The notes below the pieces were generated by a model. The model was not told the origin of the DNA and made no database searches. It was given only the letters and a program-made list of their open reading frames with translations. Shown here one piece after another: positions 52,801 to 64,000 of a stretch of DNA of 64,000 bases. The DNA lies in the NCBI GenBank assembly GCA_040954595.2, contig CM082598.2, forward strand, positions 8,261,097 through 8,325,096. The letters run 5' to 3'. A program made the translations under genes and the position numbers. This DNA is from Balanoglossus misakiensis (taxonomy: Eukaryota; Animalia; Hemichordata). Position 1 is the first letter of the stretch. Each line of letters begins with the position of its first letter.

Positions 52801-55800
52801 AAACTCGTCCACAAACGAGGCAACAATCTGTGTATGCTAGAATGGATGTAAACTTGGATTCCCTTTTCTGTGTTAGTCGGAACTGAAGCTTATTTTACAT
52901 GAATAACCAGATAAACGAGAAAAAAACGACGTCACCTTTGACTTTAACAGAAAATGAACAAGAAGCGGAATTTCCGTAAGGATCCTTAGCTGTTAATGAT
53001 ATAAGAGTAACACCGATGGTAAAGTTGCTTCCTGGTTCATGGCTGACAGACACAGTCACATTTCCGGAATCGTCGCTACAAACCGGAAGAGACCATACCG
53101 CTGGCATTGTAGGATTGCCAATGTATGTCGGTGTTTCAATGTCTGATGGACATGTGATGACAGGGTTTTCAGTATCTGCAAAATGTTGAGAGGAACTTTT
53201 GTTCACGAATAAGCTGCATGTCCAATACCTTCAGTAATTCTTTTACATGTAACGTTGCATGTCATTGTCGAAGGCAAATTTGAAGTCCAGCTGACGTGTT
53301 AATACAAGTGATGTGTTAATACAAGGCATAGTTCAAGTAGCTTGGCGTTCAGGCTTAGTATGAGCATATGTCATTACTTTATGCTAATCAAATCTGTCTC
53401 ATTACGAATAATAATTGATGCTGCTATACATTGTTCCCAGTTTAATTCCACTGTCAGCGACGCGGAACTTATCATCTGTCGTCGTACGGCGTCCACCGTC
53501 TGTCAACATTTGTCTTCATCTCTGAACTCACTGGTCGGATGATGACATTGAAATTGGGTATGCAGATCCTTCGGGTGACCTAAGTTTACTTTTGTTCAAA
53601 TTGTGGTGAAATTTTTGTACTTTTGGGCCATTTCCGTTGGTGGATTCCCTTGAAATTTGATATGCAGGTCTCTGATGTGATCTATATCAGATTTTTTTTT
53701 CAAATTGTGACAAATTTTTCAATGCTATATTTTTACAACATTCGCAAATTTGCCTTTTTAGATCTGCTGCCAAGTTTGCGCGAGTCTCAAAAGAAATGCT
53801 CCATTGACGTATTACAGAGGAGCTGTATCGGCCTCTAGGTCGCTTACCGAACAGCATAATTTGTTCATACGTGTCTATCTTGTCATTTCTATTGTGTATT
53901 TTATCACAAATTCTACAGTTAAGGAATTTAAAAATAATTATAGGTCGATGTGTTGTTGATTTAAATATCCTGAGAACAGTGACATGTTTTCTAATCCAGT
54001 AACTGGATTTTTTTTTCATTGGCTGCGGCCTGTCACGTGTCAGACCAACCATCATTTCCACTAGCTACTGTATTTCTTAAACGCATAAGCTTAAGGGTCG
54101 TGACAGTCATTGTTGCACTATCGATGAAACTGCAACGAGAGTTTTCCGCACGCCGTAGAGTTGATCGGGGGTTTATCAGTTGTGTCAGTCATGTCTCTCT
54201 ATCGACAAACGTGTCGAGTCATCCCTAATTGAGAGGCCCGTTTGCTGTGTTTTGTGCACATTGTTATTCTTTCCGACCTCACAGTCAACTCTAATAATTT
54301 CCGAACATGTTCCGTAAACCAAATTCAGAGCAAGACAATTTCAGCACGTTCGCAACTTCCGGGGTGGTCGCCTACTTATACACTACAGACTGAATGTCCT
54401 GTTCTACCTGGCGCGCCTGCTCCTGAACGCAGCAAGCCAGGTGGCTCGCCCTGCTCGCCAGGCCCGGTGAGCGTGCTTGCTGAGCGCGCCAGGCTTGAAT
54501 CCTGAATATTCATGAGCTACCTGGCTTGCATGGCCAGCCGGGTCACAGGAAGCGCGCTTGTTTACCTGGTGCGCTAGACTTGCTCCTTGTCTATTGGCTT
54601 CATTATGTGTAGGGAACGCGTAGACCCACGCTACCCGAAACCACAAGCTCAGTCCCAAATTCGAAACTCACCTCACTACCAAAAACACGCTCAAGGCAGG
54701 CATGCACGCAAAAAGTATTGAAATTATTTATTAAGACAAAAAACCATCGAAAACACCTTAACTATTTAGATTTAAAAATCACCAAGCGACTAGTGGGCTA
54801 GTCTACTGGCGCACCGGTTGCTTACCAGTAAGGAAGCCGGTCGGTTGCCGTTTGAACCCCAAAACGTTTGATTGATCCCATGGCATTTCTGGTTTTTCTA
54901 GTCTAGTTGCGCAACCTCCAATTCAGATAAAAGAATGCTAGTGGTTCAAAACACTATGTACATGTAGTCATTTATGTTCATTTGTAACCTGTGTTTTATG
55001 TTACCACAGATGCATACATGTAAAGCATACACGTACAAACTACAGATCAATTGCAGCAACTTAAAAATGACGAATATCGTAGCACTTCCTGTTTCTTGCT
55101 AACAGGGGATTAGCCCTCAGAATCTGTGTGCGTCCACACACTAAACGGACATTGTTTTGAGATCAACGCCGTCTAAATGGCAATGTTTAGGAACACGGCA
55201 ACTAACAAAAATTGAGGACGTCGAGGACATGTAATTGCAACATATCTCAGTTTCTATACCTGGATATGCGTTCTGGACGACTTTTTCGTCTTCTTCATGA
55301 CCGTTTTGATATCGTTTAGAAGTACTGGATGTTAATCCACAAATCGAAAACGCCTCGTCTTTTCGGCGATCGAAAGCACCTAAAGTTGGTGGCAGACCCG
55401 GCTAACCGCGAGTGGCTAGAAAACCACTCGCGTCCAGTGTTATTGACTCAACAATCGAAACTGACCCAAGACAATAGGTTACCTAGATAAACATAATCAA
55501 AAGTCACGACAGGGTTGTGCTTTGCGTTCTCACTGTATACATGTATTTGCTTCGGTCTGGATCTGAACCACCGGTCATCGCTGTCGAAAGTTAACACCGG
55601 CGCAGCACAGGCGAAAAGCATTCTCCGTCGGAGTCGTATCTGGATCGTTGCTACACCAGTACTACACCGTTGAAAACGTTAATCAATGTACAACTCTCCT
55701 TCTCAACATAAGTTTTATTTCAGACTAGGCATTCAGGGAGGGGCGTTTAATTCACTACGAACAAAATGTGTCCGTTGTCAGTGTTAGTTTTCTTTATTAA

Positions 55801-58800
55801 GCATTTAAAACACAATTACACTACATTAGTTGTACAAATGCAAGGGAACATTTCCTTTCTGAACGAGAGAATGACAATCCGACAAACATGCTGATAAATC
55901 CCCCCCCCCCAAAAAAAAAAAAACATCAACGGCGGAGAGCTTTATCGATTGCCTTGATGCACTGTTTTGACCACACGTCGCGCTCGGCGGATCGCGGAAA
56001 ATCGTGGGATTATATTACCATGGCCTGTGCGTCGCATTTTAATTGGTCGAGATGAACGACGTCACTGACCACAAATACTCAGTAATGGTTTGATTACATC
56101 CCCGTAAATCTGAATAGTAATATTAGCAAACAGTTCAGTGAATACAAAATTTTGCGTAACACAAGTTCCGGGGCCCCTAGTGGGACATTTTCGTAAATTT
56201 TGACGGTTTTCTTGATTTTGTTGGTAATATAATGGAAATAACCGACTCCGCCCTGACCATAAACGTTTGTTTATGGGCGCGGGCTCGAGGAAAGCCAAAA
56301 TTCATGGGCGAGGCTTCCGAGCCCATGAATTTTTGGCTTTCCCCTCGCCCTTGCCCATAAACCATCGTTAATGGTCAGGGCGGAGTCCATTATTTCTAAA
56401 ATATTTTCGGAAAGTTGCTCCTTCAACTTTCTTAAGCCTTCTGGGACTTAACTTCAATTTCTGTTTGGTACCCCCAAACACACACCCTGTGCAATTACGT
56501 CCGGCGCGTTCACTCGGCGAATAAACCATAAACACAAGGTTCTTGGCAAAGTTGCCTATAGAGCAACTTACGACCTTACACCGGTCTATATATGATTCTG
56601 GTATGAGAACATCCCCGGTGAAAGGAGGGAACCATAGTGGAGGCGGAGTAGTCTCAATCATCCCCGCTGTCTGCGGAGACGTGAGAATCGGCTCTACTGC
56701 CGGCTGTAGTGTAGTTTGGAACGGTGGTGTAATATCAGCGGCTGGGCGTGGTGGGAGTGGTGTTGGTGACAAGGTGGGCGCTGGTGGAATCGGCGGGGGC
56801 ATGTTCATAGTGCCTGATCGAATGAATTGAACGATCGTTACACACATTATTGTCGCGGTGAACGGACGCGCGTATACGTGTTGTCGATCACAGACAACAG
56901 TGTGGTCGATACTCTGACTGATTTGTCTTAGTTTCTCTGTTTGGGAAATGGATGAAGTCACATTATTGTGCTTTGTAAGACGCAAATTACAATACTAGTA
57001 TGTATCTAATATTTGAGTCATAGATTGTTCTTGTTTTCATGAGCCTGACACTCAGAACTATGACCCTAGGATCCTAGTGACCGGCGCATCAAATTGTATT
57101 TTTAAAACAAATCACAGACAAAAATGTACTGACTTCAGAAGTTTTTGTTCATTGAGTTCACACATATTTTATTTTGAAGTACTGACGAACAAAAAGGTGA
57201 TAACAACCTGAAGAACATGGCTGGCCGAGCATAAACATGTAACACCCGTGGACGCTGGGAGATACAGTACAGAGAAAGCGGGTAGATTTTTACTCTGAAA
57301 CAAAGATAAGCTTGAATAGATGCAGTGTATCACTATTTCCTAAATTTACATCACGATCACGCAACGTAAATGCGGTCCATTGCATGTAAGTGTGCAGGGC
57401 ATCTACACCAAAAACAGCGACAAGGTGCCGTTACAATTATTCCAGCTAAATATAAACACAAGAAAACACGAATCGCGATCTGTGGATTCCCTGGATATGA
57501 TTTTGAATCTGCAATAGACTCTATAGTTTTGGAGATCATGTTGAGGAGAAAAACTTGATCGCACAAATTAGTGAAAAATACATTTATGGGGTAGCCGGTA
57601 CGATCCTACTGACCAAAGGCTACCTCCCGGGGCCCACCCCATTCACACCGGTTATTTACTAATGTGCAGGCTAGTCATCAGTAGGCTTTCTTTTTCCTGT
57701 TATGCAGATTATTCTTCATTGTTGATTTCATATGAGTATCAATGCGTATGACTGCTCGCAGTATACTCTCGGTCTTGATTGTTCTGACTTTTTCGTCCAT
57801 AAATCTGACTACGTCCGCGACCCTTGTGGAGTGACCGTGATTCAACCAAGCGAAAATAGCTACCCATCACTCTAATTATTGCAGCTATGCTAGTTATAAA
57901 CACAATCGCAATTTTGATCGTGACATAGGCCATATATACTTTTAAATTTAAAAGGAAAAAGGAAACTTTTACTTTTGATGCATTAATTTACGAGCAGTGA
58001 TTTAAGTGTGAAAAATAAAAGTACGTTCGAAGCCCTCGCTGTTTCTTCAGACAGCGGTATAGCCTCAGCGGGTTTTCCCGCTCTGCACTCGGATAGAAAG
58101 CAGAAAATCCACAATGTCTGACAGGTGACAGGTAGTAACTCGGATAGAAAGCAGAAATGTAAGGAAAATCCACAATGTCTGACAGGTGGTCAGTTTGTAC
58201 AATGAGTAACTCTCATGACGAATCCTTTATCTTCGAAAGAGACCACTTCAAATTGGGAGAAACAATTAGGTGTTAACGATAATGGCGTTGCTTTGTTTTT
58301 TTTTTTTCTGTGCTGAAAGGCATTTTTGTATTGGGGTAAAGAAAATTGTGTACAAATTATTACATGTCACATTTGTCGACTCCTGTATTTCAAAACACAC
58401 GGTACCACAAACGAGAACATGCACCGTCTCCCCTCACTGCCAGTCCCACTGACATCGCCCCTTTACTGAACTAGGCAACAATGAGTCAGGGGGACCTAGA
58501 GCCAAGTTTAGTTGGGCCATTACCGATAAGTACCGAAACGACTGGGGTGTCGGGGCCGAACAGACCGGGGTCGTGAAAATTGGGGGCCGAAACGATTGGG
58601 ATCGAAAATCTTTTGGGCCGAAACGACCTGTTACCGTATTGACAAACCGATAATCCTCGCAAAGTTCGGTCGTATTTAAAGTACAAAGGATCTTTTCCTT
58701 TTTGTTGTTGTTGCTCGATGGATCATTATTCAGAAGGTCTATTTGAACATGCACGTCTCTATGGCTTATCAGTGTACATGTATATATAGACTGTGCCGTG

Positions 58801-61800
58801 TCGATGGTTCCTGGTCATTTGTTCGTGTGGCAACGAGTTTCCATAAGTTATATATGCATATCGAGAGAGTGTGTTCTGCATTAAAGTTTCCGCCCCAAGC
58901 ACTAGATTACTGAATAAGTTCAGAGCTGATTCTCGACTTTAGTAGTTCCGACATCGATGCATTTTCCCGTTTTGCTGTTTATTTGTACTTGAGGACATTT
59001 TTATTCTACTCTGATGTGACTTGTCCCTATTATTTTTCACATGTTCTAAAATAAAAAGAAATGTTACTTCACAATAGTGTCATACATGTATGTGTGCACC
59101 TGTATCTAACTCACTGACGGTGAGTTTAAGATCTACTTAAACTGGCATTGAATATGGCTGGAGTCTATGCAATAGTTTGACAGAATGAGCACAAGCTAGA
59201 CATTTCATAGTTATTCAGGAGTGCTTGTTTGATGCGGATTGTATGTTGTTACAAGGAGGTGGGACGGAAAGGAACTACACCTGCTACTCTTGTTTTATGA
59301 GGCAAGTCTGTGATTCCACTTGTTTACCGAGTAAACACGACTGTTTATTGGCAAGGCTACTCGCATGTGGCTGACAACAAAAGGAAATCAATAAAATAAA
59401 AGTTTGATACACGAAGAATGCAATCAGAACACAATATACATTCTATTGTTTTGAGAATATCCATCTAATTTATCAGGCGATGAAACAGGTAGAGAGTCCC
59501 TGCGTTAGACCATAGCTACGCGCGATTGTACAATCATGTATTAAAACAAACATGGCGTCGATCGACGACATCACATCACGAAGAGAGATCGAGTCACAGT
59601 CCGATCGAATAATGGAGGTAGAACCTCAGGCAAACACGAACGATCTTACATGTTTGCTAACTTTGATGATTAGGTTGCAATGATCAATCTAGGCCCGATC
59701 AAGAAGAGTGAGCTAGAATTTGTCGTGGTAAACCATGACACATTGATTACATCTCGGACACATGCAGACCATCTCTTTTTACGTCCATGTGCAGACACAC
59801 ACGAAACGTCTAATTTATTCCGACGGGTGACATGCTAGCCCAATTCTTAACTCCAGAATTCTCAAACATGTCTTCTTCTCATTCTAAGACTGACAGATTC
59901 TCATGTGTTCATTCGGGCCCGCCAAACACAGCAAGCGCAGCGGGCCCATGGGCTAGCTGGGCCCGGTGGGCCCGAATGCGGGCCCACCAAACACATTTAA
60001 TTAGCAAGCCCTGCGGGCCCATGGGCCTGCTGGGCCCGGAGGGACCGAGCCCCCTGGCGCGCGCAGCAAGCCACTGAGCGCGCCAGGCAAGCGCGCCATG
60101 TGCAGGACATTCAGTCTGTAGTGTATACTATATCTTGCGATGGGAAATGCTGCGTGGGGACAGTAACACAATGTAGCCCTCTTTGTATTAATTCCGATTC
60201 AGTTGACATGGCATATGATACCTGCAAAATAATCACCAACAACTCACCTGCTATGGGACAACATGAAATTGCACTTGCAGGATACACTTCACAAGCTTCT
60301 TTTCCGTGTCCTGTAACAACAAGTGTTCAGAATTGATATGTGGGTCAATTGGAATTTCTTACGGGGTTAAACGCTGCCTCGGTGAGCCGAATAGGAAACC
60401 ATGGTACATGTAGATACACCAAATAAAATGCTGACAAATAACCCTGACAGTCATTTTAACTCAACGTCAAGATAAAGTATCCCAGGGGATGCCAATTTCT
60501 AGCAAGATATGCGTTCAATTTTTTAAACAATCGAATAATATGATGACTCGACTCTGGGAAAGAATGCTCGTAATTTAACGTCATCTGATTTGTTCTGGCA
60601 TATGACGTATCCCACATGACAAAAACACTATACTTGTACTGTATACTACATTTTATGCTACCGTTAAGTGTATGTTTGGACCAAAATAATTGCGATAATA
60701 CCCATATAATGTATATATGTTCTTGAGAAATCAAGGTCAAATATCTCATTTCCATAATATGTTATATAGACAAACACAAAAAATGCCTAGCATCAGCCAA
60801 CCAGCGAAGTACACAGACCACCTTGCCCAAAGCATATAGGGTACAAAAACTTTTCATTCCATGTATAGATATAATAAATAAACCGGGAAAATACTTTATC
60901 CAAGTTCCCAGATTGACATGAAGTGCAAAAGCATATGACGGGATGTCTGGAGTCCCTCTGTAAAACAAAGACTGTGGTCGAAATATAGGATAATATCTTG
61001 AACTTTTAGTTGCCCCCACCCAACTCATTGTATTCTCAGATATAGTCAGAAATACGTGTGCGCCACCATATACATGTAGGCGTCGACACAAACTACGACA
61101 TCCTACATCATTAAAAGACCACACCGTAAGACACAGAGACAAAACTGTTTCATTTCACTAAATAGAAATGAAAACAAGAAACACAATATCCTACTTTCCG
61201 AATAGACAAGAGACACTGCAAGATCTCGCGTGACTCGGCGCATGGTATACATGTAGTTGCTATGGGAGGACATTTTTATTTGACACAGGACACGATACAC
61301 ATGGACGACAGCTTAAAACGGCAATGAAGTTCAATTTTTTTTAACTCTGCGCCTTATAATAATTTCATATTTAACGCGTATTACCTGGGGTGCGATCGGC
61401 GAAGAAAGCGTTTTGTGAATGCTTGCGCAGGGCGCTTTTGTACTTCATCGAACGATAAGCTTGTCAATTGAGGGCGTGAAAGGCAAAATGGCAGCAAATA
61501 TAAAGCGAAAAGTATGTATGCTACTTTGTCCAAGAATTTATGGACGATAGCGTCGACATTGAAGCTGGGTTACAAACCAATAAGCCGCTTCTAACTTAAA
61601 CCGACATCATCCCTTTGATTTAGTATCAGCAGCGACCGTCAGTAAGAACGTCCCGGTACGCATACAAGGACATGATTCAGGAAGTGCATAGCACTTTTAA
61701 ACCGTTTTACACAAGACATTAGCGGCACAGTCTATGTGAATATGTGTATTGATGGAGAAAAATACAAGCTTTCGCTTGGTAAAACTATCATTACCTAAAT

Positions 61801-64000
61801 CGACAAGTATTCTGCAACTTCTTCGACAATATGCCCTGCGAGGCGTACTTTGACTTACATGTCCGCCATCGAGTTGTTCGCCGCGAGTCACCTCCGCCTT
61901 CCATTGTTACAAAACGTTCGCGAAATGGCAAAATATCGTTCGACATGAAAACGTTACTGAACGCTTCGTACGTCTAACCCGCCCCTGACTAACAACCCAT
62001 TGCAACGGTATTTAACCAAATCTCGCGAGATCTCACAATGACCGGAAAATCATCGACGAGGATAGTAGTACAATAACAAAAGTCTGTACTGGAACACACT
62101 GCAAAGTGATGTTAAAACAAAAAACTTACGGAGGACACCATTGCCATTTATGAGAAACGGAGCGAGATTCCACGGTTTATGAGTACCTCCCTCATAAATT
62201 CCCGCTGCCACCTCAGCAATGTCATTCCCAGACAGTTTTGTGGCCCACACTTCCAGTCCTGTTAAACTACCTGTCACCAGTGCCGAATTTGTATCGAAGT
62301 TCCCTCCTCCGACGTTGAGTTGTTCCTGTCCCAAAACTAACCGGCCACCGCCAGGTATAGGTTCGCCCGGGTTTAAGCCATCGCCATTCTGGTAGAGGAC
62401 GCTGTTGTCGTAGTATTCCCACGCGCCATTCTCAGATACCCATGTGGCACAAACGTGGTGCCAAGTGCCACTGTTCACCACTAACGGCGTGCTGATCGAA
62501 TGGCCTGTGATCACAAGGAGCATGCCGGCCGTAGAGTAATACATTGATAGTCCGTCGTGGTGCTGAGGAGATGCATAGGACACCAGTGAGACCCGCCCAG
62601 ACTGTGTGGTTATTAACCAGATACAGACTGTCACGGTATCCAGATTCGGAATATCTTTTGAAATAGTTACATTTGTGTCTGCATTGTGAAATTCCAGAAT
62701 AACGCATGCTGTGGAAAAGAAGAATGCAAAATATCATGCAATAGTTGAATCAGATGTCCCCTACCAATTGGGGATATAGTACACGTAACATGTCACTCAC
62801 CAAGTCGACTCTTCCCTGAAAATCAAACTGATTAGAATTAGCCGCCCCATGTGTATGGTACCCGTATAATCTACATAGTTGCATCTCAAAATGAAAACAG
62901 ACCGCTTCGGCCAAAGTTGGCGTTAGGCATATAAAGATGAAACATCTTCTTTTGGAAGATGTTGTCTTATAGCCCAATTGTATGGAACTTTGGAAGTTTT
63001 GGTTTGCCTTAAACTATTTTTTTTCTCTTCGATATTCTCCGGGTTCCCTCCCGGGAGATATTTTCATCTGTTTATGGTACGGATCTATTGGTAGTCTTTT
63101 TTGCGAATTACAAAATATGCCTTTTATAAAATAAAGTAAAATGTTGTCAGGAACCTCACAAGCAAACAGTTCGCCTTTGACTGTTCTATTTGATTACACT
63201 TTTGTAAAACATTGCTATTCAATTATTACTGACTAACAAATTGTGCAAATATTAACGAAATTTCATTCAGTCAGTTCGTTTATACAATACATCTGACTAT
63301 ATTACAGTCGCTAAGAGATTTTAGGCACGGCATCAGTAGCACAATTTTGTGTGTTTTCCTCATGGGCATAAAAGTTTACTTTACATCACTTACCTGAACA
63401 AACAACGCTGACATCCTGATTGTGCTCACAATTGTCGATACTCCACCCAGGCTTGGAGCAGAAAGTGAGACGCTTTTCATTTCCATGACACCTCAGGTCA
63501 CCTAGCGCTACGTGACCAACTCCTTCTCCAAAATGTGCTCCCCCATAGGCGATTCCAAACCTTCGCCTGAAATAGATAAGGCATTCAACGTTTAGAAAAC
63601 AATGGTATGTATGTATGCATGTATGTATGTATGTATGTATGTATGTATGTATGTATGTACGTATGTATGTATGTATGCATGCATGCATGCATGCATGCAT
63701 GTATGTATGTATGTATGTATGTATGTATGTATGTATGTATGTATGTATGTATGTATGTATGTATGTATGTATGTATGTATGTATGTATGTATGTATGCAT
63801 GTATGTGTTAACATGTGTGCGCGAACGAACAAGCACAAGTCATATTTAAAATAACAAATCTTGTTATTTACCTGTATCCTAGATGACGACACGCAACAGT
63901 TGCAGCAATATCATCAAACAAATCATCACAGACTGTTCCCCATTCTCTCCTACTATCCCGTACAAAATGTACTTCTACACGTCCCATGTACTGATTCGGT
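43888..64000 (-). CDS. Extracellular mosaic protein: SRCR, pentraxin, HYR x3, PKD1-like GAIN/GPS (5' end outside window)
   Basis: Exons: >64000-63872 and 63566-63394 (SRCR: GRVEV..WGTVCDD..C.H..DVSVVC); 62708-62130 (pentraxin: [20 protein letters not shown]); 60310-60248; HYR 53175-52936, 52566-52327, 51957-51718; a probable small exon ending 49882 (acceptor uncertain); 48445-48349; 47608-47304; 46868-46760 (DVLSLSFTD); 46530-46415; 45620-45392; 44719-44628 (CVYS..WNSDGCR); 43941-43888 (TVCMCNHL*). Phases are consistent. Confidence 0.85.
44778..44856. mobile_element. Degenerate hairpin of the same class
   Basis: ACTTTCGCTCGCTGCGCTCGTGAAAGT centre with partly paired flanks. Confidence 0.45.
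48853..49841. mobile_element. Hairpin-ended element, fifth family, with a LINE fragment in the hairpin
   Basis: Arms AGCAATAACCCCCGCC (48853) and GGCGGGAGTTATTGCT (ending 49411). Body bounded by ATTATATTATATCA (49412) and TGATATAATATAAT (49828). CCAATCAG near the distal end. Confidence 0.8.
48894..49304 (+). mobile_element. L2/CR1-group LINE 3' fragment with (ATT)n tail
   Basis: [13 protein letters not shown]...RNLRS...YGDRAF..AAP.LWN.LP...[10 protein letters not shown], homologous to the C-terminus of the 6714 ORF. Confidence 0.9.
50283..51552 (-). mobile_element. Complete Helentron/DINE-1-like (HINE) element with internal ~239-bp tandem repeats
   Basis: Minus strand: 5' AGGTCCCATTGG...CCATGGGACC, then a (GTAT/GGAT)n core, three units starting at 50351/50590/50829, a 3' subterminal ATGGGACC, the stem-loop AGTGTCCTTGACGCT and a T-rich flank. 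Confidence 0.8.
51780..53040. repeat. 609-bp tandem duplication of a HYR exon plus intron
   Basis: Introns 51958-52326 and 52567-52935 are nearly identical. Exon starts are exactly 609 bp apart. Confidence 0.95.
53443..53845 (+). mobile_element. Short decayed HINE-like element
   Basis: 5' short inverted repeat, then CGTC-type microsatellite-like sequence, GAAATTTG.TATGCAG motifs and a 3' CGGCCTCTAGGTCG stem-loop. Confidence 0.45.
55926..56985 (-). pseudogene. Pro-rich plus BEN-domain protein, split by an insertion
   Basis: [26 protein letters not shown]...[18 protein letters not shown] up to 56401. The final helix [19 protein letters not shown] resumes below 56009. Confidence 0.75.
56009..56398. 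mobile_element. Hairpin-ended element, sixth family, inserted in the BEN ORF
   Basis: ATTATATTACCA (56009) and TGGTAATATAAT (56222) bound the body. Hairpin 56235-56396. Confidence 0.85.
58530..58637. repeat. Short cluster of GGCCGAAACGAC motifs, probably a DNA-transposon end
   Basis: Several spaced copies of CCGAAACGA ending in CCTGTTACCG. Confidence 0.45.
63605..63806. repeat. (GTAT)n/(GCAT)n intronic microsatellite
   Basis: About 50 tetranucleotide units. Confidence 0.97.

Larger units (their letters stand above)
54381..60123. mobile_element. CACTA/EnSpm-type DNA transposon, 5.7 kb, apparently non-autonomous, intronic
   Basis: 21-bp perfect TIR CACTACAGACTGAATGTCCTG at 54381, with its complement ending at 60123. 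TA on both flanks. GC-rich subterminal GCGCGCC/GGGCCC repeats. No transposase recognised. Confidence 0.9.

Noticed and set aside
54050-54370. Possible decayed SUEL/galactose-binding lectin exon (CE..L, GR, DP)
   Set aside because: Motifs are scattered over frames with many stops; too weak to call.
57370-57558. Second coding exon or transposase inside the CACTA element
   Set aside because: Short ORF with no diagnostic motif.
60125-60222. Extra exon after TTTTGCAG at 60222 on the minus strand
   Set aside because: The intron would be only ~25 nt and the frame contains a stop.
63585-63854. HTYI / MYVC repeat ORFs
   Set aside because: Translations of an intronic (GTAT)n microsatellite.

Overview
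Eukaryotic, intron-rich, repeat-dense DNA from a marine invertebrate, probably a deuterostome (hemichordate/echinoderm-like; inferred from gene content). Two multi-exon host genes can be built by hand from splice sites. On + (19016-26672) is a type-I membrane protein with two C-type lectin domains, a Ser/Thr stalk and a TM helix. On - (5' end outside the window, down to 43888) is an SRCR-pentraxin-HYRx3-GAIN/GPS (PKD1-like) mosaic whose frame stops exactly at the GPS H-L|T cleavage site. The rest is mostly mobile DNA: L2/CR1-group LINEs, a Penelope remnant, a decayed DIRS/Ngaro element, a 5.7-kb CACTA element with a BEN-domain gene, Kolobok-, Academ- and IS3EU-like MITEs, Helentron/DINE-like elements, and two related 37/38-bp palindromic satellites. 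The most striking unexplained structure is a set of about nine, mostly sequence-unrelated, non-coding elements with a shared design: a 140-170-bp terminal hairpin with tandem GA/GA mismatches, plus a body bounded by short AT-rich inverted repeats. Three of them are stacked end to end at 20.6-22.2 kb. All annotation is by eye; no searches were run.
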